Below are positions 53,160-64,000 of a stretch of DNA of 64,000 bases, piece by piece. How positions within the stretch are numbered: position 1 is the stretch's first letter; every line of letters starts with the position of its first letter. The stretch is from Chrysomallon squamiferum (lineage: Eukaryota; Animalia; Mollusca): the NCBI GenBank assembly GCA_012295275.1, contig CM022671.1:26846001-26910000 (forward strand). The letters run 5' to 3'. Under the pieces are notes generated by a model, which did not search any database, was not told where the DNA came from, and worked only from the letters and a program-made list of their open reading frames with translations. The translations under genes and the position numbers were made by a program.

Positions 53160-54840
53160 ATAATAATGTGAAAGTCAGCAGATTATCTAGAATTGTTAAA
53201 ATGTTGTTTGTCCTAGTTTTAAATCGGATATAATTATGATCACCAATCAGCGCATCTGTGAAAAGAGTGAGGAAATTACTGAAGATAATCTAGATCGGCA
53301 TGACAGTAATTTTCTACTATTTCAGTAATTCTCTTTTCATGCAAATACTCTTAACTGAATTATACTGGTTTTAAATTAAATTAAGTATGCGAAAGCTTGA
53401 TAAGGAACTTCAGTAACCTCTTTGCCATTTAGCTGTCCTTAACATTGAGCTAGATCTTTGTGAATTATTTATTGATTTAAATTGAGAGAAGCAAAATATT
53501 GTAGGTTTGGACAAAAACGAGCTTTTTAATGGTGCTGTAATCAAATACTGAAGTATAATATGAGCATAATGAAGTAGGTATTATAGCAATGGCTACAGCA
53601 AAACAGTAAATGATAATTCAGGTTTACGTATGACGTATTTTCAGTATTACAGCAATGAAATATTAATAGCATCATTTCGTATATAAAAACAACAATAAAA
53701 AAACACAATGACTATGTTTACCGTACATCCAGACTGTCTGGACAGAACATAATCTAATATCAAATCATAAATTCTTTATACCAATAACTGAAACATTAAG
53801 TAACATCGAATTATAATGCTTATGATAGTACTGTATTCTACATGGCTTTAGAGTAACGTGAAACTGAATGCACAAATATTCTACATAACTGCAGTGAAAC
53901 ACTAAATGAAAGCAAATAACTGCGCTTATTGTGTATCTTGCTTGAAACACAAAACTGCACAATATTATTACATTTACCATGTAACAGTATTCTATGCGGT
54001 TTCTAACAATTACTTTTAACGTCTGTTTTGCCTTTTATTACAGAGCGTAGTAATAAACCTAATATGATGAAGATTGGCAATGCTTTCGATCTTGATTTTA
54101 CTATTAATTTTTTGGCTGAATCCTGAAGCCGAACATTAAATGAATAAAGACATTCAGCCTAATTAATGACTGATTGCGGATCACAGGTTAACATGATTCA
54201 TAACGTCTGCAGTTTTCAGACGTGTATTATTCAAGTGGTGAGTTCTTAGATCAAATGCATAATGATTATAGTTATAAATATTTTACAGAAGAATGTTAAA
54301 TTAACCAAGGCACGAATGAAAGCTATAATGATCACTGTGTCTTTCCGCATGTTGTGAGATAAAGTTACAACCTCGATTAGAATTATAGGCGCCACATACA
54401 CGACCAATGTCTTCATCATACGACGTCTATTTCATAGCTTAGGCTTAATGGATTCATTTACATGTTCTATTCCTCTAAATGTGACAGTCTTCGAGCATTG
54501 GGATACAGATTAAATCAAGAATTAGAGTTTGTCTAAAATTATTGGTGACATCTGCTGCCGTAAACATGGCTTACCTCCCCCACTACTGAACTACAGCGTA
54601 AACCAAAATGATTAGATCTTCTACACCATCGTTATTGTACCGGTGACTGACCTCAGTCACTTATCAATATTATAATTTTTAAATTTTATTTTACTAAGCC
54701 ACACGCTGTTGGACGAAACCACTGACGAAACAGCAGATGTTGCGCGAGTTTTGAACGAGCAAGAAGCGTTATCACCGAGAGTTGGCGTGTTTACTTCGTG
54801 TCTGTTCGGACTGATCATCACGTGACGGACACAGTGGAAA

Positions 54841-55950
54841 ATGTCGACTGCTAGCAAGAAAGTGAGGACTCGTGTGTTGATAGCTATGGATGGGAGTGAA
54901 AACTCTCTTTTCGCTTTCGACTGTGAGTATATAGTTACATAGATCTATAACGTATATATTTTAATTTGAAGAACAATATACAAACTGCATGTCTCCCTCT
55001 CTCGTCAGTGAAACACGTTCATTCGGAAAGCAAATAAATATCGCTGAGCAAATAATGAACCGCGAAATGTAAATTCTGCTGAGAACCGTAAATGTTGTAA
55101 CTGCTTCTTTAAAAGACACAGAACGAATGATAAAGATGACGATGACAAATAATTAACTGTACGTAAGTATGTCATTAGGTCACACGTTGTTTCTGAATAC
55201 CTAAAGAAACAATGTTTACTACTGTTTAGTTATATATCAGTGAAGGTTAGACACGATAAGCTGTAGTATATGACATACTAAAACTGCTAGTAAACATTCA
55301 TTAGTGGATACAACCCTAGAGAGGTATTGAACTACCATCCTCGTATATATATATATATTTTTTTTTTTTTTTTGGCCAAACGCAATTTGTTTATTTATTT
55401 AATGTTTTGTTACGTTTATTATTATTATTATTTTTTTTTAAAGAATGAAACTAAATTCATTTAAAGTATGATAGGTGCCATCCCCTTTCCTGAAATTCTG
55501 GATCCTGCTTTGCCAGTGCTCGTCAATTTGTCACAGAAGATTTTAAATCTCTTTGCAGATTTTCGGGCCACAAGCGTTAAGTTGTACATCCAACATAGTC
55601 CCACATACTAATTTCTGAGAATATAAAATGAGTCACAAAATTATAAATTAACTCACATAACAAATCATTTTCGTAACTTAACTTTGTTTTTCCTTGTTCT
55701 TAGTTTTGTTTTGTATTTTTGTTTTTCTCTGCTTTTTAAACAATCAAAAATCCAAGTCAGCAGCTGAACTTTTGACTTCTCCTTCGATTGAATTCACACG
55801 AAATATTGGCCAGTTAACGTTCCTTGAAACCTTGACCTAATTTAATAAATAACAGACACCTATAGATACAGTTAAAAATAAATAAATCTTGCTAATTATA
55901 GGAAAAAGGTATCTTATAGAAGTATTCAGGAAATAATACAAATATCTCGC

Positions 55951-55992
<42 letters not shown>

Positions 55993-56869
55993 TAATTATA
56001 ACAATAATAAATAAATAAATGAAAAAAGAGATTTCACATGGAAGTATTGTAAAAGAAGTTACAGAGGGATTATAGAAATAATATATAATGCTGCATTTAG
56101 ACCAGTACAGAAAAAAACCAAGCCTCCCCACCTTTCTATATGTGCATCATATAAAAACGCTCCTTTAAAATCCTGGACCCGCCATAGTTATTATCTCCCC
56201 TAAAGCATTGTCCATTGTTGAATTAGAACGACCAAAGATTAAATACTGAACTACACGTAAGTAGGATCATTATCATTGTTATCTCAGTTACTAAAGTTAA
56301 CATACGATCTTTAGGTCAAGTATTTTACAATTTCTCAAAGTACACTGAAAGCTATGACCATAGAGATAACGTGTAATTTGTTTGATGCCGTCGCATATTT
56401 TAATATTAATAGTTATTGGATATTCATTAAGTATAATGGTAAAGAAAATATGACAGCTGGAACCCACTTCCATCACAATATGACTTGTATTTCAAGCACT
56501 GGCGTTTTTTTTCATATGTAACTTCCCATAAAGAGGACAGCGTATAACATGACCTTAAAAACATAAATAATGGGATATTGGTTGAAATATGAAGAAGCCC
56601 GCTGAAACAAATGGATTGGATAAAGAGAAATAGTATTTAACTATTTATCTAAAACGGCGTCATATTTTAATGATATATATCTACTGAAAATGCATAAACA
56701 GAACGGAAGAAACTAAAGGATACTTGTATTAATAGTAGTAGTAGTAGTAGCGGTAGTAAGTAATAATATAAATAACTACAACAACAATACAAACCACTGA
56801 AAATTGCGTCTTGTTCATATATTATAAGGGTTTTGAAATATCGTTTTATTATTGTTGTTGTTGTTGTTT

Positions 56870-56902
<33 letters not shown>

Positions 56903-57393
56903 CCATTAAAGTCATATTGTTGTTATTATTCCATAAAGCCATATTGTATTTTACTCGATGATATTAAATTAAGTTATTCCACTTCAGAGTCGCGTGAGGA
57001 GCTGTTTTACGTCATGTCAACTGATTTTTTTTTTCTTCCTTCCCTATGATACTATGTTAATCAGCAGACCAAACCAGAATCCTGCTTAACCATGCTGCGT
57101 GATCGGTTTTTAACATGGAAATGAAAGATAACAGACAACTCAAAATAGATCAGTTAAAAATTCAGTACTGTATCAAGCTGCGGGAGGTTTGACAGCGGAA
57201 GCATTAAGTTTTATTTTAAAAAATACAGAATATTAATAATGATGATGGTGGTGGTGGTAGTGGTGGAGGTGATGATGGTGGTGGTGGTGGTGATGATGTT
57301 GTTGACTACTACGACAATAATATCTGACAGCAACAACAAACAATGATAATAATAGTTCAAAGTCGGCAGTTTTTTCTTCTAAAAATACCTTTA

Positions 57394-57442
<49 letters not shown>

Positions 57443-60276
57443 ATAATATAAATATTGTTTTTGTTTTATTTAATTTTATTTTTATCTTTATTTTTATTTC
57501 ATTTTATTTTATTTTATTCTTATTTTTATTTTTTTAAATGTAGCTAATAAAATAATATATTTTAAGCATGTGGGGAAAATACATTTACATGAACCTTTAT
57601 TTTACTTTTGTTTCTTTCTTTTTTTTTTTTTTTTTTCTTCTTCTTCTTTTTTTTAATAATTATTATTATAGTTAAATTTTTTGTTTAAGGTAGCAAATAA
57701 TTTTATAATTTGTGACACAGTCCTAAAATAGTTTAGAAATAGCATCCCACTCGTCTAAAGAAACACTTTACAACATACACATGTATATATGGTCGGCCAC
57801 TCTCCAGGCTTAACATATGTTAATGATTTAGATTCCCAGCCAGAAAGACATTTCAGATTTATATCCATTCAAATTAATTCATTCCTACTTTTTTCAGACA
57901 TTTCGTGCCTCTTCTTTATCTTTTTCCTTTCTGTTTTTTCTTGTTATTAGTGTTATTTTCTGATGCATTACTTTATTTTTAAATCAAGTAAATAAATAAA
58001 TATAATATGTCGATCTCGATCCTACATCCTCTTCCATCCCAGTACATTATAACTGGTATACTGCATTTTAAAACAGACACTATAACGAACAGGGCGTGAT
58101 GGTAACAATGCAGTGTTTAACCTTGTTACATTAGTGGCGTGACTTCACAAGAAGTTTCCCCATCAGAGATAACGTCATATTAGAAAGCGTGTACTCGTCA
58201 AATTTAGGTCACGAACTGTCAACATTATCATTCAGCAAGTAGTGAAATCAAAATTTCCAAAAAAAAAAAATGTTTGATTTGTTGTCCTAGCAGAAACCAT
58301 TTCCAGCAGTACTGTATTACTGTAGTCAATAATCATTGTTTATGAATTCTCCCGTCCTTTTATCACTGTGTCCAATTATTTCATTTCGGAATTAAATCTG
58401 CGTGAATAATTGTTTGCAAAAATTAAAATAGAGAGAGACGGCCTCGATTTTTGTTCCAGATCTGTGAGCATATCCTACGGTTTAAAATACTTTGTGTGAT
58501 AATATGATTACACCGAACATTCCGGCTGTTTTGTTGTTGTGTACACACATGCACGCATTCACCTTGCTGACTCTAAAACCGAATTCATTTAGACCAAAGA
58601 AATGTTCGCATTTCATAAGTGGAAAACTAACAACATAAATAATTATAGTTCATCATAAATGTCACTGTTTCCGTAAAATCTCTCGAGTGAAAATAATGTG
58701 ATACAATTTCGATTTGGTTCCAATTTATATTTGGCAAAGAGAGAAGAAAAACAAGTAAGCATGTAGCTATATTCTCAAAACATGAAGAATGTTTCCAGAC
58801 CGTGCTAACGCCGAGGAAGTATAGATATTGTTTAATGTACCCGAGTGTGCGGCAGTCTACTGTCAATACAGTATACTAGTTGATATAATTGTATGTTCGA
58901 TCCGAAATTGTTTTGCGGAGCAGGTTAGAAAAACTTAAGAAGTGATTTATTTCGAAAGGTTGTAAGTTTATTGTATTTTATAATTATTTTTGTTATCTCA
59001 GTACAGATTTATATTAACTGTAACCAAATATATTATAGCTAACGACGGGGAAAAAAAATCCCTTCTGTCTCCAGTTTATTTTACTCCTCAGTTCTGCCTG
59101 GCGTGGGCAAAACCTCGGATTTCGCCGTGGAAAGACGTTGACGTACTGACGTTAGCTAAACCGTTACATTCAACACCAGAAGTGAACGTAACTAGGTTTA
59201 AACATGGAGATAACGTTCACGACAATGAATTTCAGCACGTTTCACAAATAATCATTATTTGACGCGTTAAGACTAATTTATTGATTTGTCGATCGAGATG
59301 ATCCATTTGGCTTTTAGGAGATCCATTTAAAGGCTCATTAACGAGTTTTATCTGATTCACCCTAGGTTCCATTTCGCCAGTTCTAGCAGTTGATATTCAG
59401 TGGTCTTGTATTCATTTCATCACTGTTTCATCTTCTTTTTTTTTTGTTTTTTTTTTAAGATCAGTACTGCTAGTAATAAAAACAGTATGACTGTAGACAC
59501 TAAAAAAAAATTCTAACTCTAAACTGAGTGTTTCATTATGATCAGGTTAAAATAGAGGGTCATAGTCTACTGCCAATATTACTAACATCACCACCACCAC
59601 CACCACCATCACCACCAATACCACCACCACTACTACTACTACTAGTAAAATACAGCTACTGCTGTAGTGCTGCTACTACTGTTAATAATAACACAGCTGT
59701 TTGGTATATAATTAAAAAACTGATGAATAATGACTTGGATTCATAACTTTAACTGCTGTAATGAAAATATTTATAGATCAGAGTTACGAATTTTTAATTA
59801 ATTTATATTTGGACGATTTAAACAACATACAGGTGAATGTTGTCTAACACCAATCAGAAATATCTAAAATCTAAAAAGAATCCATGCTAACCATGAGAAG
59901 TTTGTCTCTTATTTATTTATTTATTTATTTACTTTTTTTTTTTTTTAATTTATTTAGATATTTTATTCTGCTGTCCCTGGAGTGATGTTGATGACATTAT
60001 TAACAGTTTACTTGTTTTAATATCTCCCATAAAGAAAACAACCCATTTATTAATTTTCTTGCAAACTGGAGCATAACTAAATCACATATTTCACACAAAA
60101 ATGCATGATGCTGTAAATATTTGAAGCTGGAAGGTAGAGTCAGTATTGACGTTTTATTACTTCTTTTACCTTTTTTATTTCCCCAGGACGTTTACTTCAA
60201 TAAATAACTTCGTTATTTAATAAAATTGTCTATCTCCCGCATTACAAATAATAATTAATTATTTTTATTTTGTTAC

Positions 60277-60348
<72 letters not shown>

Positions 60349-61930
60349 TTTATTTACTTTTTATTTATTTATTACTTATTATTTATGTATTTTTTATTTA
60401 TTTTTTTCTATTTTTTGGTTTTGCAAATGTCAGCAGTGCTACAGCATGAATGAATGAATGAATGTTTGTTTAACGACACCTCATCACATTTTGTTATTAA
60501 CGGTCATTAAGCTACTGCATGTTTTTATATAATTATGACGGGAGAGATAACTATTATCAGTGCGGAATATACCTTGTCCTTGGCAGAAAAAAACAAAACA
60601 AGGCTCTAATTGGAACGGAAAACAACCGAATAGGCATAGTATTATTTTTAATTTTGTATGTTTCTTTAGCCACACATACACAGAGACACACACACTCACA
60701 CACACAATTTTATGTGCAGCTATTTTTGTATCTTTTTTTTTTTTTCTTTTTTTCATTTTTTTTTTTTCAGGGTACATAGAGAATGTGCACCACAAAGACA
60801 TTGAAATTTTAATAGCACACTGTCCAGATTTTAGTACCATATTACGTACCCGTAAGTATGAGCTGTACCCGCTTGTAGATATAGCATCAGTCATTCAAAT
60901 GTATTAACTAGTACATGATCATTCTATTACCAGTCATTTATTTCTATACTGTTTATTTCTGTATGAACCGTTTACTGCATGTTGTATAGCACTGAGCTTG
61001 TTTTAATTAAGAAATAAACATATTATGAATTAATTTTATTTGCCGGAGTATTATCATGGATTTGGCATCGCTAAACTGTTTTTATAAATGAAATTCGGAT
61101 GTGTGAGATTATGTAACTGACGCTTGGGGAGAGTGGGGGAAGAGGCATGCGCTCTCGATCCCATAATCTGTCGTCTGTTTGTCTGTGGATGTGTGAAAAA
61201 AAAATAGATGTATGTATTTCGGAGATGTGAACTCTTCCCAGAACTCTGTAACTTTCAACTCGTTTGCTTTACGTTTCTGATTCAAAGGTGCTGCATTTTC
61301 CAGCAAATGCTTTTTAGTTTTTTAGTTTTTTTTTATTATTATTATTTTATATCAATAAGTGTGTTTGTGTATGTATCTATATATATATATTCTGAATGAA
61401 ATTGTGTTTAAGAATTATACGATCTCTTGAGCATACATTTATCTGAACTTTCTACCTTTTTTTTCTTTCTTTCTTTTAAAAAAAACACAAAAACAAACAG
61501 CAATGATGAGTAGCGACCCCGTTTTTATTGCGCAGGTGGTAAAACATGAAGAAGATACAGTCGCCGTCATTGTAAATAAAATAAAGGAGAAGCTTACTGG
61601 ATCTGGGGTAAGTGAGGCAGACCACGTGGTGTGTAACGTGATCTGGTCATTTTACAAAAAAGCCTGTAGTATGAGAAGTAATTCAGGCTAATGTTAATTA
61701 CTGATATAATACACAGCAGTGTATAATGAATATTTATATGTATTATTTTTCAGCCAAAACTGCTGTGACCTGAGACTGTGTAAATAATATTAGACTAGTT
61801 CGATGGGCTATCAGTAACGTAGTGAAATAAAAAAATACTTTTGGATTTTTTTTCCCACCCACAATATATACAATTTTATTGTTTATAATGTATTGTCGAT
61901 AATGAAGCGTTTTCTATTTCATTTCATTTC

Positions 61931-61984
<54 letters not shown>

Positions 61985-62352
61985 TGTTGTTTAATGTTAT
62001 AAAGAACAGCATATTTAACAGCATCTCTATCTATTATATTAACAAATGGAAAGCCATTCAGACAATACCAGTTCTTACGATTGATTACTGAACTCTTAAT
62101 CTAATTTTGAATTAATGTTACTTACAGGTTGTTGGTCGTATTCTCAGACTGCAGGGCGAACCAGGTGAGGCAATTGTCAAGGCGGCCGAAAATGAGAACG
62201 TGAACCTCATCGTTACGGGGACGCGGGGCATGGGCAAAGTGCGTCGGACGTTGGTTGGAAGCGTCAGCGACTACATCTTACACCACTCGCACGTTCCAGT
62301 GTTAGTGTGTCGACAGAAAGAGGAAAGTCACAAAGAAGAGAGCAAGAAATGA
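54841..62352 (+). CDS. Universal stress protein (UspA domain, ATP-binding type), 164 aa
   Basis: In-phase exons 54841-54922, 60771-60851, 61501-61607, 62128-62352 (495 nt). The N-terminus reads [18 protein letters not shown]. The C-terminus [51 protein letters not shown] contains the G-2x-G-9x-GS motif. Confidence 0.95.
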
Positions 62353-63309
62353 TTAAGGATGAATTACGACTGGTTTTATGACCAAAACAGGAACACTACC
62401 AAAGAAAAACATACTAATTAAATCATTTTGTAATCTTGTTACAATAATTTGTATTATTAGTAGTATTATTTTTTAAAAGAGGAAAATGTAGCTTTTTGCT
62501 TTTCTTTATTTCTTTTGTCAGATGGTGAGGATTGTGTCGTTAGTAGCAACAATAATCTGTATGTAGCATTTTATACGGTCTGTGTATTAAAAGCAAGGGG
62601 AAAAAAAAAAAAAAAACGTTCCAAAAAATATTTAAGTATGTACGCACAAAACAAGACGGAGGGGCAAATCCAGGACTTCTGAAAAGATGAAATGGTGTGA
62701 TTGCTGAAAGTGACTTTCAAAATGACGTGAATTTCAATATCTGTTTATCTATATATCTATCCATCTATGTAAAAGGCTATTCGTCGAGCAAATGTTATTT
62801 AAATTTTAAATCGTATTTTATGACACCACGCTGACGATAATAAAATCAACTCTTATCTACTGTCAAAAGTTTAGTGCCATATTATTGATATTACATTAAA
62901 AAATATTTGTAATCAGTTTTGTTTGTTTTCTTTTCCTACAACTTTATGTTTCTTGCACAATGTCGGGGCAATTTCAGTATTGTCATATATATTGCTATTA
63001 AAATGAATACCTAATTTACGTTTCCTTTTCGTCAATTCTGACACGCTTGTTCACTTTTTTATTTATTTATTTTTATTTTATTTTAATTTTTGTTTATTTT
63101 TTTGATGAGAATACTGCTTTTGAATGAAACAAAAACAACTAAGAAAGAACGAATTACAAAAATAATTTAAATAAATAGATAATTAAATAAATAAGATTAA
63201 TATTAAAAAAGTAAATTTTTATTACACGTCTGTTTTTGTATGTAAGCGAATCCTGGGTTAAGGAAAAAGTTCGAGCTTTTTCATTTTCATTTATGTAACT
63301 TTCGAGGTT

Positions 63310-63341
<32 letters not shown>

Positions 63342-64000
63342 CAAACAACAATCTCAAAGGTGATAAACAAATCAAATAAGACCACATCACGTATTCGGAA
63401 AATAAATGAGGACGCTGGAGTTGGAAACCGACCAAAGAGCTAATCACAGAGATATGCTGTATAGTAATACCTCGCTTACACACTAATCTGCATTCAGTTC
63501 TCTTATTCACATATCTTGCGTGTTTTATTATATCTTATTTTTTTGTTTTTGTGTTTTATAATAATAATAATAATAATGGTGGTCCGAGTGGTAGTAACAG
63601 TTCATTTGCAAATCTGTTTACTAGTTTTATTTCAATATATATAAAAAAAAAAAAAAAAATTAAAGGTGATCATAAAAAAAGAATGACAACAATTTAAGAT
63701 GATTATTTTGCTTCAGAATGAACTGTAAAATAGAAATGATTCATTACACCAATAAAAGCGCAGAGAATGCAGCTTAATCACGTGTTTTTAATGCATGCAT
63801 GTCTTTTAATGTCTGCAAAACGTGAATTTAATGCACATATAGCTTTCATATATCCGCTCACCTCTTAATATCACTCATAATTTTAATGAAATTACGAGAA
63901 GATGTTTGTTTTTTCTCGCATTTGTTTCATACCTCTTAGTTTTTATAGCCGGCCATGAATTTTCTGGAGATTTTGGTTTGTATACTTCAAAAATGTTTCT

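Noticed and set aside
58990-59262. 90-aa ORF in USP intron 1, and the many poly-Y/I/F/VC/ER ORFs across the window
   Set aside because: No recognisable homology or splice context; most derive from microsatellites.

Overview
AT-rich, microsatellite-dense, intron-containing animal DNA, most likely a lophotrochozoan (mollusc-like, inferred from a spliced USP gene and a scruin-type kelch gene). I assembled five spliced or part-spliced protein genes by hand: TIMMDC1 (partial, minus), a BTB-BACK-Kelch scruin-like gene (minus), porcupine PORCN (12 coding exons, minus), a Mesp-like group A bHLH (minus) and a universal stress protein (plus). Between the bHLH and USP genes is a ~24 kb head-to-tail array of seven ~3.3 kb units plus a partial eighth, with degenerate copies at both edges. 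The unit has no credible protein ORF. Each copy does carry a Pol II promoter-like island (ETS/CRE/TATA/Inr followed by a GTAAGT donor). Downstream on the same strand is an 85-87 nt box C/D snoRNA-like element whose 15-nt guide is complementary to a conserved 28S rRNA segment but whose D box is non-canonical (CTGT). My best candidate for an undescribed system is therefore a tandemly amplified non-coding snoRNA-host-like unit. This is an inference from sequence motifs and needs RNA data.
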